Assembly: GCA_963737655.1 (NCBI GenBank)
Contig: CAVTTN010000002.1
Span: 2,208,001 to 2,272,000, forward strand
DNA: 64,000 bases
Reading direction: 5' to 3'
From: an uncultured Planctomycetota bacterium
GTDB taxonomy: Bacteria > Planctomycetota > Planctomycetia > Isosphaerales > Isosphaeraceae
The notes beneath the pieces are model-generated. The model ran no database searches. It was not told the DNA's origin and was given only the letters and a program-made list of their open reading frames with translations. Positions 42,072-56,928 of the stretch are shown piece after piece. The number at the start of each line of letters is the position of its first letter. Within the stretch, counting starts at the first letter, position 1. The translations under genes and the position numbers were made by a program.

Positions 42072-43081
42072 CGCTTCGCCAGGATCCCGGCCTCCCTGAG
42101 CGCCCGGAGCATCCCCGACGTCGCCGACTCGTTCGAGCAGAATACGCCGTCGATCTGCCCCCGATACCGGTTTACCAGGCTCTGAGCCGTCTTCTGGGCC
42201 GAATCGGAGGTCGCCCCCGCGTATTGATTGTTCGAGAGATAGGTGATCCCCGGATACTTCGCGATCGTGTCCTCGAACCCCTTCTCCCGCTGCTCGGTGC
42301 TCTCCGAGCCGACGGCATATCGCATCATGATGATCTTCCCTTGGCCGTCCAGGAGCTTCGCGAGCCTCTCGGCGGCCAGGCTGCCTCCGCGATAGTTATC
42401 GGTGGCCACGTAGCTGACGATCTTCGACGAGTTCAGCCCCGAATCGATGATGACCGCCGGGATGCCCGCCTCGATCGCCTTCTCCACCGGAGCCACAAGG
42501 GCCGTCGCGTCCAGAGGCGCCAGAACGATCCCATCCACCTGAGCTGCCACGGCGTTTTGCACGAGCTTGATCTGCTCCGTCCGGTCGTCCTCCTTCTGCG
42601 GACCCTGCCAGACGATCTCGACGTTACCCAGCCCCTCGGCCGCCTTCAGGGCCCCGGCGTGGATCGTCTTCCAGTGCTCGTGGGTCGTCCCCTTGGGGAT
42701 CACCATCACTCGCCACTTCTTCGCCTTGCTGCCGGAAAGCGACGAATCGGCCGAATGTGGGACCTTCGGCGGGTTCAGGAGCGGCGCGATCTCCGCCGAG
42801 GTCATGTTCTCGGACGTGACCAGCAGCTCTCCCGTCGAGATCTTCGACTCGACGGCCTTCTTTTCCAGGGCATGGACGAGCGTCGTGACCGCCACTTGCC
42901 CCATCTTGTAAGGGTTCTGCACCACGATCCCCTGGAGCTGACCCTGGCGAAGGGCCTCGATCAGTGGAGGACTCGCATCGAACCCAACGAACTTCACCGC
43001 CCGAGGGGCCGGCTCCGGAGCCGACGTCGAACCTCCACATCCGGCTAGCACGACGAGACACCAAACCCAGGGACGACGCAC
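42068..43081 (-). CDS. Sugar ABC substrate-binding lipoprotein (RbsB-like), circularly permuted
   Basis: RBS GGAGGG then GTG; lipobox VLAGC; VKFVGFD...QNPYKMG lies before VIPKGTTHEHWK...GVFCSNES. Confidence 0.88.
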   Translation of the reverse strand: MRRPWVWCLVVLAGCGGSTSAPEPAPRAVKFVGFDASPPLIEALRQGQLQGIVVQNPYKMGQVAVTTLVHALEKKAVESKISTGELLVTSENMTSAEIAPLLNPPKVPHSADSSLSGSKAKKWRVMVIPKGTTHEHWKTIHAGALKAAEGLGNVEIVWQGPQKEDDRTEQIKLVQNAVAAQVDGIVLAPLDATALVAPVEKAIEAGIPAVIIDSGLNSSKIVSYVATDNYRGGSLAAERLAKLLDGQGKIIMMRYAVGSESTEQREKGFEDTIAKYPGITYLSNNQYAGATSDSAQKTAQSLVNRYRGQIDGVFCSNESATSGMLRALREAGILAKR

Positions 43082-43231
43082 GTTCGCCCTCCAGTCCGGC
43101 AAAGTTGGGATCGTAAAGTCAGGGAAGGGGCCTCATCGTAGAGATGCGGACTCGGGCCCGTCAACGAGCTGCTCCGACACCCATCCCCCATGAACCCCTC
43201 ACCCAATCTCCACTTTTTCCGAGCCAGCCGC

Positions 43232-43259
43232 TTGACCTGGCCGATTCTCCGGGTATCAT
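43232..43259 (+). promoter_or_regulatory. rRNA operon sigma-70 promoter
   Basis: TTGACC-N16-TATCAT upstream of the leader; boxA-like CTCTTTGACAATT at ~43416. Confidence 0.75.
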
Positions 43260-43680
43260 GACTCTCGCCGACGACGAAACGAACGCTTCGACGACGGCAA
43301 GCACGACGCGACGATCACCCGGGTTTCGAACCGGATCGGTTCTGGCGACGTACTTCACAGGCCGGGGTGACGAGCCTCTCACAAGGGCGAGTCAACCCGG
43401 CCACTGGCGTCCGGTCTCTTTGACAATTCGGCCGATCGCGAGATCGAATGACAAGCTCGAAGAGCTTGTGGACCCGTGAGGGAAGCCGGCGTGGGCCGCG
43501 CATCCGCCGGGGGCGTTTGGAATCACCTCTTCGGGGGCGATCCGGGCGTACCGGGGGGCGGTCAGCACGCCCCGGCCTCTCGAGAGAGAGTCCGGAGCGA
43601 CCATCAGCACATCCTCGACCCATCGAGGAGCGACGGGGCGACTCCTCCTTCGCGAGAGGGAGGGGGCTACCCCGGAGCAC

Positions 43681-45203
<1,523 letters not shown>

Positions 45204-45328
45204 CTAAGGACGATCGACCTCGGCCCGGGATCCTCGGATCTCGGTGACCGCATCGGCCCGCCCCTCCTCCTGCGGTGAGGGCGAGGCCTACGCCGGCTCC
45301 CCCCGCGGGTCCACGCGGAACGGACAGA

Positions 45329-45495
45329 GAGATCTTGCGATCGGCCGCATTGCGACCCCGTCTGCCCCTCCGGGCGCGGGCCGCGGCATCCCTCCCCGAG
45401 CGGGGGCGTGCCCCGGCCCCTGGCCGGCGGCCAGGCGTGCCGAGGAGGAATCCTCGGCCCGGCTTTTTGACAATTTGGCGTCGGTGACGAGACGA
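45329..45495 (+). promoter_or_regulatory. ITS processing stems and boxA
   Basis: 45331-45352 is complementary to leader 43424-43446 (16S stem); boxA-like CTTTTTGACAATTT at ~45463; 45471-45491 is complementary to 48674-48694 (23S stem). Confidence 0.8.
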
Positions 45496-45722
45496 GACGA
45501 AGATTCGTCCGCCCCGGGATCGATCGGCCTCGGCCGAGGAATTCTGGGGCGGGACAGGGTCTAGGACAGGATAGGTTTCATCTCCTTGGATGCGACCCGC
45601 CCGGCCGCGAGGCCGCGCGGGGATCGTTACTCAGCGCCCCGTGGAGCGTCGCGAGACGCGCGGCGGGGCGGGGACATGCGACCATTCGTCGGCAGGCGCC
45701 GGAGACGGCGTCGGGTCGGCGT

Positions 45723-48522
<2,800 letters not shown>

Positions 48523-48731
48523 ACCCCGACCCGCCGCCGCACGCCCCCCCAAAGGGCATGCGACGCGCCGGGCCGATCCGGTGGCCCAGGTCCCCGAGCA
48601 AAGATGGTAACGATCGCCGCATCCGGCGAGATGACGCCGTCCTGCCACGACCCATGCCGAATCGAATCGACGCCTCGTCACCGACGCGAGATTGCCGCGA
48701 CCCGCGGGGCCCGACCGCCCCCGGGCCGCGT

Positions 48732-48841
48732 TCCCGGCGACCAGACCGGCGGGGCCACACCCGTTCCCATCCCGAACACGGCCGTTAAGCCCGCCGGGCC
48801 CATGATAGTGCCCAAGGCGCGAAAGTCGGTGATCGCCGGGA
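48732..48841 (+). rRNA. rrf: 5S rRNA (~110 nt)
   Basis: TCCCGGCGA...TCGCCGGGA terminal stem; CACCCGTTCCCATCCCGAACACGG. Confidence 0.96.
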
Positions 48842-48850
48842 TCCCCCAAC

Positions 48851-48895
48851 ACGCCCGCCCCGGAGACGAGACCCGTCTCCGGGGCGGGCGTCTCT
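48851..48895 (+). terminator. rRNA operon terminator hairpin
   Basis: Perfect 18-bp stem ACGCCCGCCCCGGAGACG / CGTCTCCGGGGCGGGCGT with a 5-nt loop; weak U-tract. Confidence 0.75.
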
Positions 48896-49198
48896 ACGCG
48901 CCTCGAGCGATGACGCCGGAGGATGGGTGATTGCGGAGGTTCTTCGCCTGAAGGCCGAGCGGGTCCGCCTCGCCGGAGATCACGCAGGGGTTGGGGATCG
49001 GGCGGACGTCGGTGACTGGGCGGATTGCTGTTGGACCGGCCGGGACCGGGGGAGGGCTGGGAATGCGTCCCGGCCCTACTCGTTCGGAGTGGCCCGGGGA
49101 CCGTGCAGGGCGGTCCCCGGCACCAACGTGTCCATCGGTCGCGACATTTTCCGGAGGTGCTTTACCATACGCCTACAGTCGCGGCTCGCTCTTGAACC

Positions 49199-50279
49199 TT
49201 ACTTGTCGCCGTCTTTTTGGGCGGCCTTCTTGTAGGTCTCGAGGCGGTCCTTCATGTCGGGGTCGGCGTTCTCGCCGGAGAGCTTGACGGCCCGTTCTTG
49301 GGCTTCGAGGGCCTTCTTGGCGTCGCCCGAGTCGTAGTATGCCTTGGCGAGAGTGTCGGCGATCGCGCCGTTCTTGCCTTCGGAGAGATCGTCAGCGCGC
49401 TTGGCAGCTTTCAGAGCGAGACTCAACGAGCTTGGGGTCGCGCTTGCCAGCGGCGGGATCGACGATCAGCCAGGCGACGTTGTTCAGGGCGTCGGCGTTG
49501 TCCTTGAAGGTGTCCTCGACGAGCTTCTTGCCAGTCTCGACGATCTTGTCGATGTCGGTACCCTTGCGGACCAGGAGCATGTACTTCTGGAGTCCGAGCA
49601 TGGGAGCGAGGCTTGGCTCGTCGGCCATGATCTCGTCCATGGCCTTGAGCAGGGCGTCGGGGCCTCGCTGCTGGGCGGCGATCAGCCTCTGCTGGAGGAG
49701 CATCATCTTCTGCTCGCGGGCCTTCTCTTCCTTGGCCTCGGCGATGGCCGCCTTGATGTCGAACGAGCCGTCGGCGACCTTGGCCAGGACCTTATCCATG
49801 TTCATCGGGTGGCCGATCCAGACGATCTTGCCCTCGCCGTTGACGATGAACGCGGCGGGGATGCCATTCTGCTCGGCGGCGGCCATCCAGTTCTTGGACA
49901 TCTTGCCCTCACCGCCGCCGGAAACGTCGTCCAGCGCGACGGCGTAATCCATCTTGTCGCCCATCTCCTTGACGAACGGCTTGACGGCGTCCTGGTCCTG
50001 CTCGGAGACGCTCACGCCGATGAACTTGATGTCCTTGTACTTCTTCTGGAGCTCGGTGAGGTGGGGGATCGAGGTCTTGCACGGGCCGCACCAGGTGGCC
50101 CAGAATTCCACGACGTAGACCTTCCCCTTCTCGAACGCCTTGACGGGTTCGCCCTTGACGAATTCCTTGACCTCGATCTTTGGGGCGGGGTCGCCGATTT
50201 TCAATTCCTGGGCCCGGGCCAGGGCGGGCGAAGCGGCGATCAGGACGATGGCCAGACGGGATGCGAGGGTCTTCGTCAC
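49199..50279 (-). CDS. Exported TlpA/ResA-family thiol-disulfide oxidoreductase with C-terminal TPR; frameshift at ~49421
   Basis: Signal peptide ALARA|Q; VVEFWATWCGPC; ALNNVAW...IADTLAKAYY TPR tail in a shifted frame. Confidence 0.9.
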
Positions 50280-50395
50280 GGAAGCGGCCTCCTAGGGTGA
50301 GTTGAAGGTGATTCGAGAGCCTGTGGGGGATTGTACGGCGGCGGCTGTGGCGGCCACAAGCGGTGGGATCGTGGGACCGAATCCGGAGCATGTTT

Positions 50396-50412
50396 GGTGC
50401 AATTCATGCACC
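50396..50412. repeat. Palindrome GGTGCA-ATTCA-TGCACC (second copy of 14501-14517)
   Basis: 16/17 identity with the 14501 copy; intergenic between the divergent tlpA-like and MFS genes. Confidence 0.6.
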
Positions 50413-50490
50413 CCCCGGGGGATTGCTTCGGCGAATGGGTTGTGGCACCCTGGCGGCCCTGGCATGGGTTCGGGCGAGGAGAGGGTGTCG

Positions 50491-51939
50491 ATGGCCGTCC
50501 CGTTGAGCGCTGTGGAGGCGAGCGTGGTCCCGAGACGGGCGGCGTGGGGGCTTTGCTGGCTCCTGTTCGCCTCGACGGCTCTGTGTTACATGGATCGCCA
50601 GGCCGTGGCCCTGGTCAGCGTCGATATCAAGGCGGAATTCCGGCTGGATGATCGAGGCTATGGCTGGGTCGTGGCCGCGTTCGGGATGGCCTACGCGTTG
50701 TTCCAGGTTCCCGCGGGGTTCCTGGCCGACTCTCGGGACGTCCGCGGGACCTATGCCCTGGCCGTGGCGGGGTGGTCGATGGCCGGGATCGCCGCGGCGT
50801 TCTCGCCGAGCCTGGGCGTCTTGCTCGGCCTCCGGGCGATGCTGGGCGTGGGGGAAGGGTTCAACTGGCCTTGCGCCTTGAGGGTGACCGGCCGCATTTT
50901 GCCTCCGGCCGACCGGGGACTGGGCAACGGGATTTTCAACTCGGGGGCGGCCGTTGGGGCGGTCCTCACGCCGTTGATCGTTCCGGTTTTGGCGGCTCGC
51001 TGGGGCTGGCGAGCAGCATTCGTCGTCGTCGGGTCGTCCGGGTTCGTGTGGACTCTGGTTTGGCTGGCGATCACCCGGAGGATGGCCCGGGAGACGTTCG
51101 CGCCGGAGGTGCCGTCGGGCGGCTCGTCGCCGATGCCTCGCCGGTCCGCGATCTCGGCGCTTGTTCTGGTCGCGATCGCCTCGGCGACGGCCTTGACCGG
51201 GCTGAAAGTGGGTCTTCCGGCATTGTGGTGGGCGGTGGCAATGCTGGTGATCGGGCCCCTCGTGATCGCCCGGGGGCTTCCCGAGTCGCCGAAGGGGCCG
51301 GGCTGGCTTGCCTCTCTCGGACGGATCGTCCGGCTTCGGCGGTTCTGGACCCTGGCCGTGGTCTCGATCTCGATCAATGTCTGCTGGCATTTCCTGGCGA
51401 ACTGGATCGGCAACTTTTTTCAGGAAGAGAGGAGCCTGGGCCTCCTCCGGGGAGGGGCTGTCAGCGCCTTGCCGTTCCTGGCGGCCGACGCGGGGAACCT
51501 CCTGGGCGGCGGCCTCTCGCGGAGGCTGACGAACGGGAGCCGAAGCCCGATGGCGGCGCGGTTCCTAGTGATGGGCGGGGGGGCGGCGCTGATCGCCTCG
51601 GGGTCGGGCGTCGGTTTGTTGCATCGGGACGCGGCGATCGTGGCGTTGTTGATGGTCATGGCCCTGGGGGCGGCGTCGTTCATGGCGAATTACTTCGCGC
51701 TTTGCCAGGAAGTGGACGCGGCGAGGACGGGGCTGGTCGTCGGATATCTCGGGTCTCTGGGCAACCTGTTCGCGGCTGGGTTCCAGCCGATCGCCGGGCA
51801 TCTCAAAGACGTGACCGGCGGTCTCGGAGTGAGCTTCGCGATTGTGGGCCTGCTGCCGATTATTGGCATGGTCGCGCTGGCGGCGGGGTGGGGTCGGGAT
51901 CGACCCGAAGGCCGCGGGCTCGCGAGCGATCTGGGGTAG
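50491..51939 (+). CDS. MFS transporter, ACS/ExuT-like
   Basis: LCYMDRQ, LGVGEGFNWP, RGLGNGIFNSGAAVGA, GWRAAF; RBS AGGAG upstream. Confidence 0.9.
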   Translation: MAVPLSAVEASVVPRRAAWGLCWLLFASTALCYMDRQAVALVSVDIKAEFRLDDRGYGWVVAAFGMAYALFQVPAGFLADSRDVRGTYALAVAGWSMAGIAAAFSPSLGVLLGLRAMLGVGEGFNWPCALRVTGRILPPADRGLGNGIFNSGAAVGAVLTPLIVPVLAARWGWRAAFVVVGSSGFVWTLVWLAITRRMARETFAPEVPSGGSSPMPRRSAISALVLVAIASATALTGLKVGLPALWWAVAMLVIGPLVIARGLPESPKGPGWLASLGRIVRLRRFWTLAVVSISINVCWHFLANWIGNFFQEERSLGLLRGGAVSALPFLAADAGNLLGGGLSRRLTNGSRSPMAARFLVMGGGAALIASGSGVGLLHRDAAIVALLMVMALGAASFMANYFALCQEVDAARTGLVVGYLGSLGNLFAAGFQPIAGHLKDVTGGLGVSFAIVGLLPIIGMVALAAGWGRDRPEGRGLASDLG

Positions 51940-52064
51940 ACGAGACGGGGCGACCCTGGCATAATCCGCGCCTCATCTCGTCTCGGGGGCGTTCGCCCGT
52001 CCGTCCGCAACCGGAATCCCCGTCCGACCCGATCGCGGGGCGCCTGGCCCGCAAGGAAAACGCG

Positions 52065-52322
52065 ATGAACGGTCGTCGCCCGCTGATGGCCGCCGTCTTG
52101 TTGAGCTCGTCGATCCTGACGTTCGCCGGATGCGAGTGCCTGGGGGGGCGGTGCGGCCTCCGAGGGCAGAAGGAGCCGCCCGTGATGGCGGATTCCGGCC
52201 CCGTCGAAGGCAAGATCGAAGGGACCCAGGCCGTCGAGAAGCCCCAGAGGGCCGCCTGGAGTTCCGACGCCGCCGAGGTCGAGAAGGGCCTCATGAACCG
52301 GGAGGTCAAACCGACCTGGTAG
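52065..52322 (+). CDS. Small putative lipoprotein (85 aa)
   Basis: RBS AAGGA; MNGRRPLMAAVLLSSSILTFAGC lipobox; C-terminal WSSDAAEVEKGL. Confidence 0.7.
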   Translation: MNGRRPLMAAVLLSSSILTFAGCECLGGRCGLRGQKEPPVMADSGPVEGKIEGTQAVEKPQRAAWSSDAAEVEKGLMNREVKPTW

Positions 52323-52410
52323 CCGGGCTTTCGGCAAGGGGCCCTTCGGATCTGGGGACGGGCATCGGGCGACCCCGTCGGAGCGAGTCCCCAAGTCCGA
52401 ACGCCCGGTC

Positions 52411-53397
52411 TCACCCCCGGCCGTCTTTTTCGAGGCGGATCGGCGGCAGGCCGACGATGTCGTACGTCGCCGAGGCGATGCCGATCCCGGCGCCGTCCAG
52501 GCTTCGGAGGATCTCGCGACTCATGGCGTCCTTCAACTCGCGGATACCCCGGTCCTCGGCGATGAACCGAACGGTCAGCTCCAGCCAGTTGTCCGTGAGG
52601 CGATAGTAGACCCTGGGCCTCATCTCGGCGGTCTTGAGGAAGTAGCGCCTTTGCATCTCATGGAGTGATTCCTCGCTGAGTTCCTCGATGCGGACGGTGT
52701 GGTGCTCGGCCGCCCCCTGGAGGATCGCCTCGGCCTTCTGACGGTCGGCCGAATAGGGGATCGGCAGGACGAGCTCTTCCCAGATGTAGGGGAAATCCCT
52801 CGTGTAATTGTACACGGGTTCATCAAAAATCTTGGAATTGGAGACGGTGACGATCCGGCCGGAGTATTGCCGGCCCTGGACCCACATGGCCGGGTCGGCC
52901 TTCTGGACCGCCGGCGGCTGGCCCATCTCCATGATGGTCGTCTGGAGGAAGCCCAGGGCGATCACGTCGCCGCGGACCCCTCCCATCGTGATCCGGTCGC
53001 CGACGTTGAACGTCTGCCCCCGGAGGATCACGAAGTAACCGGCGATCGCCGTGACGACCCGTTGCAAGGCGAACGCCAGGCCGGCCGAGACCAGCCCCAG
53101 AGCGGTGGTCAGTCGCGTCGGGTCGTCGAACCAGATCGAGACCATCCCCAGGAACATCACCACGGCCAGGGCGAGCCGGACTCCCTGACGGGTCCAGAAC
53201 TGGATGCGGACGTCCTCGCGGCCCCTCAGCAACAGCCGGACCATCGCCTGGACGGCCAGGTTCAGGAGCAGGACCAGGCCGATGAAGCCGAGGGTCAACA
53301 GGAGCTTCAGCCCGTTGTCGGCCGTCACGCCGACGAGCTTCACGCCGAAGACCTCGACGGCCCGGTTCGGCCCGACGAGCCGGAACATATGACCCAT
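52411..53397 (-). CDS. mscS: Small-conductance mechanosensitive channel family protein
   Basis: GLAFALQ, FNVGDRITMGGVRGDV, GRIVTVSNS. Confidence 0.9.
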   Translation of the reverse strand: MGHMFRLVGPNRAVEVFGVKLVGVTADNGLKLLLTLGFIGLVLLLNLAVQAMVRLLLRGREDVRIQFWTRQGVRLALAVVMFLGMVSIWFDDPTRLTTALGLVSAGLAFALQRVVTAIAGYFVILRGQTFNVGDRITMGGVRGDVIALGFLQTTIMEMGQPPAVQKADPAMWVQGRQYSGRIVTVSNSKIFDEPVYNYTRDFPYIWEELVLPIPYSADRQKAEAILQGAAEHHTVRIEELSEESLHEMQRRYFLKTAEMRPRVYYRLTDNWLELTVRFIAEDRGIRELKDAMSREILRSLDGAGIGIASATYDIVGLPPIRLEKDGRG

Positions 53398-54653
53398 CAG
53401 CGGAGACCCTCCTCGACGATCGCGGGATCGGCGGACTCACTGGCGTCCAGGCCCGAACCGTGGGCCGGGCCGGAGTCTCGCCTCCTCCGGGCGAGCCACT
53501 GCGCCACGACCACGTCGGTCGAAGAATGCGCCAGGATCGACCCGGCGATGCACAGCGCGACCAGGTGGAACAGTCGGTCCGCCTCGGACCAGGCGATCTT
53601 CTCTGCCTTCGCATCGTTCAGGATCAACAGGCCGAAGACCACCGAGGCGAACCCCTTGGGTCCGAACCATGCGGCCGTGGCGCGTTCCCGCCAGTCCAGA
53701 GGGCTCCTCACCAGGGAGATCCACAGCGCCACCGGACGCACCGCCGCCAGCACGAGCAATGCGAAGACGTACCCCGAGAGCGGGATTTCGCCGAGGAATC
53801 TCGGCGAGATCAACGCGCCGAAGACGAGCAAGGCGGCGAGCTTCAGGAGCTCGGCCACGAGCTCGCCGAACCGGTGGAATGACTCCCGGACCTCGGGCCC
53901 GACCGTTGCCACCGTGATTCCTCCGGCGAACCCGGCGAGGAATTCATTGCCGTGGGCGATCTTCGAGGTCGCCAGCACGAGAAGCCCGATCGAAAACGCA
54001 TTCAATGGTTGATATGTTGCGTGGGCCGAGAAGAACCGGCTCTGGCCCAGGCGGATCGCCGCCCAGGGGATGGTCACGCCGATCCCGATGCCCAACGCGA
54101 TCTCGCCCAGGATCGTCCCGAGCGAGAACCGGCCCGATCCGACCACCGCGAGCATCGCCAGGACGATCGGGAGCGCCAGCCCGTCATTGAGGCCGCTCTC
54201 GACGTTCAGCAGGTGGCGGAGCCTCGATGGGACTTCCTTCCGGCCGACGATGGCCGAGGCGAAGACCGGGTCGGTCGGGCTCAGCACAGCCCCGATCAGG
54301 AACGACTCGGCCCACGGCAGGCCGACGACCCACCGGGCCAGCAACGCCGTGCCGAGCAGCGTGAGCGGTAGCCCGAACAACAAGGCGCGGCCCGGCAGAT
54401 TCCAGGCGGAGGTCAGGTCCTTCAACCCGACCTTCATCCCATCGGTGAAGAGCACGCTGAACAGGGCAAGCTCGGCCAGTCCCGCGACCATCGGGTCATC
54501 GGGCCTCGGCGAGACCACGCCGAGCCAGCATTCGCCCGAGAGGACGCCGGCCCCCAGGAACAGGACGGCCGTGGAGAGGACCGTCCGATCGGCGAGGTCC
54601 GAGATCAGGACGGCGGCCTGGAGGGTCAGAGCGAAGACGAGGACGGCCGTCAT
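53397..54653 (-). CDS. Cation:proton antiporter (CPA1/NhaP-like)
   Basis: LSPTDPV, LNVESGLNDG, WFGPKG. Confidence 0.92.
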   Translation of the reverse strand: MTAVLVFALTLQAAVLISDLADRTVLSTAVLFLGAGVLSGECWLGVVSPRPDDPMVAGLAELALFSVLFTDGMKVGLKDLTSAWNLPGRALLFGLPLTLLGTALLARWVVGLPWAESFLIGAVLSPTDPVFASAIVGRKEVPSRLRHLLNVESGLNDGLALPIVLAMLAVVGSGRFSLGTILGEIALGIGIGVTIPWAAIRLGQSRFFSAHATYQPLNAFSIGLLVLATSKIAHGNEFLAGFAGGITVATVGPEVRESFHRFGELVAELLKLAALLVFGALISPRFLGEIPLSGYVFALLVLAAVRPVALWISLVRSPLDWRERATAAWFGPKGFASVVFGLLILNDAKAEKIAWSEADRLFHLVALCIAGSILAHSSTDVVVAQWLARRRRDSGPAHGSGLDASESADPAIVEEGLR

Positions 54654-56010
54654 CCGTGAGCCTCCCTCGGCCCGGGGGCGTCGGCCTCGCCGTCGAGCCG
54701 GTGGATGGCCTCGCTCAAGCGGCCCTCGGCATCCAGGCGGTCCAGGGGGGCGTCCAGAGCGTCCCGGCCGCCTCGTTCGATCGCCTCGACCTGGCGGCGG
54801 AGGGCCTCGCGAAAATTCGGGTCGCTGGTGTGCGCGCCACGGCGGCGATCGTCTCCAAGAGGCGGAGGGTGACCGCCACGTCTCCCCGGGCGGCCTGGCG
54901 GACCTGATGGAACGCCGCGCCGACGATCCCGGGGATCGTCGAGGCCTCGACGACGATACGGAGCCGCCCTTCCTCGTCGAATCGATAGGGAGACGGCACG
55001 GCTCTCTGGGCCAGGGCGCACAGGGATGCCCCGAGCCGGTCCACGCACGCGATCGCCGTGAACGGGTCGTTCACCCCGGGCGAGAGCGCCCGGACGGCCA
55101 CTTCCACGAGCTGATCGATGGCGAATTCCACGTCCTGGGCCAGAGACCTCCTCGGGCCGAAGTAGAACGCGCCCCGGACCGCATGCACCATCTCGTCATC
55201 GACGTGTTCGCCCGGCCAGGCGCGGGCGAGCTCGTCGCCCCGGAAGAAGAACTTCCCGGGCCTCCGGCTGACCCGGAGGACCAGGTCATGTTCCTTCGCC
55301 AGGGCGAGCAGGCGGTCGAGGTCGATGGCCTGGAGGTAGTCGCTGACCGGGGCTGAGATCGGCGCCGAGTCGTCCTCGAACCGCACCGGGAGCCTCGGCT
55401 CGACCGGCTTCTCGACCGGAGGCCCCTGGCCAAGGCATTCCGGGTAGAGCCGATCAATCGCCCGGTGCAAATCCCGGCTGACCGACGCGATCACGTTTTC
55501 GGCCTGGATCGACTCGGCCGCATGATGGAAGAAAAAAATCAGCACGCCAAGACTGACCATCGCCAGCAAGAGCCCCACCGTCACCGAGATATGAGGGACG
55601 AATTGCTCCCCCTCCGTCCCGTTGACCGTCCTCAGGACGAGCAGGCAATAGGTGAAGGTGGAGATGAACGTGCCGATGGCGATCTGGTTGACGCTGTCCC
55701 TCATGAAGTTGCGGAGGAGTCTCGGGCCGAACTGCGACGAGGCGAGTTGCAATGCCACGACCGTGATCGAGAACGTCACGCTGGCGATCGTCATCATCGA
55801 GCCGGCGACCGTGGAGAGCAGCGCCCGCGACCCCTCCGGCCCCCGGGTGAAGGTCCATCCCAGGGTGGCGACCCAGTTGATCTCAGGCGTGGCCCTGTCC
55901 AGGTGAATCATCGCCAGGGACAGCACCGCAGCCGAGGCGACCATCAGCGACGGGAGGAACCAAAAGCTCGTCCTCAGGGCGTCCCACTTGCTCTCTAGCC
56001 ACAATCGCAT
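54650..56010 (-). CDS. DUF2254 family membrane protein; frameshift at ~54835
   Basis: LQLASSQFGPRLLRNF, RALSPGVNDPFTA; the C-terminus continues in the 54650 frame. Confidence 0.88.
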
Positions 56011-56222
56011 CGCGAAGAGTCCCCTCCCGGGGGGTTTGAAGGCCCGTCCCGTCATTTCGAAGGGATGACGCAACGGCCCAGCGTCGCGGCGACTCGGCAG
56101 CCCCGACTCGTCTGGGCCAGCAGCTTTCGCGCCGCAGGACCCTGGCGATGCCTCGCCAGCCCGGGTATTTATCGGAGAGTAATCCGAGACGCATCTCCCT
56201 TCGAGCCCACGGCCTCCGAACG

Positions 56223-56648
56223 ATGAACGGGTCCGACACTCCTCCTCCCCGGCCGACCCAGCTCCGCGCCTGGATGTCCCGCTTGCTCGGAGATCGCGGC
56301 GAGCGAGAGGCGGCTCGCTACCTCCGGCGCAAGGGGATGCGAATCCTCGCCCGGGGGGTCCGCTCGCCGGTCGGCGAGATTGACCTGGTGGCCCGGGACC
56401 GCGACACGCTCGTCTTCGTCGAGGTCAAGACCCGGCGTCGAGGCGTCCCGGCCGAGGCCGTGACCCCGGAGAAGCAGCGGCGCATCTCCCTGACCGCCCT
56501 CCACTTCCTCCGCAAACATTTCGCGATGGAGGTCCGGGCCCGATTCGACATCGTCGCCATCGTCTGGCCCGACGACCGCTCCTCTCCGACCGTCGAGCAT
56601 GAAGAAAATGCCTTCGAGGCCGTCGGTCGCTACCAGATGTTCCGATAA
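56223..56648 (+). CDS. yraN: YraN family (UPF0102) PD-(D/E)XK nuclease-like protein
   Basis: LGDRGEREAARYL, GEIDLVA, VFVEVKTR, RFDIVAI. Confidence 0.93.
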   Translation: MNGSDTPPPRPTQLRAWMSRLLGDRGEREAARYLRRKGMRILARGVRSPVGEIDLVARDRDTLVFVEVKTRRRGVPAEAVTPEKQRRISLTALHFLRKHFAMEVRARFDIVAIVWPDDRSSPTVEHEENAFEAVGRYQMFR

Positions 56649-56804
56649 CGGCCCCGACCAACGGAAGAGCTCTGCCGATCCGGGACGTCCCGTGCGCATC
56701 GAGCTGCAAGCCTGGCCGTTTGAATTCTGACAATGCGTAAGCTGGGAAGACCGGGCGGCGGATCGACGACGATCTCGGCTCCTCGGGACGGGTGAAGCCG
56801 GATC

Positions 56805-56820
56805 CGGCATCGACATTGCA
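56805..56820 (+). promoter_or_regulatory. Putative sigma-54 promoter of the EF-hand gene
   Basis: CGGCATCGACATTGCA with GG-N10-GC spacing; ~110 nt upstream of ATG 56929. Confidence 0.6.
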
Positions 56821-56928
56821 GTGATCGGGGCCGACTTCACCGGCGGTCGAGGCGATGCGGATTGTCTCGCCGCCGGTCATGGATCGGCCCGGATCGGGAG
56901 TCGATCGCAAGCAATGGAGGAAATGATC

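Noticed and set aside
45204..45722. tRNA-Ile/tRNA-Ala in the ITS
   Set aside because: No TAGCTCAG D-arm or GTTCGA T-loop pattern visible.
48927..49235. 102-aa ORF after the rRNA terminator
   Set aside because: Poor codon bias, no motif, and it overlaps the 3' end of the tlpA-like gene.
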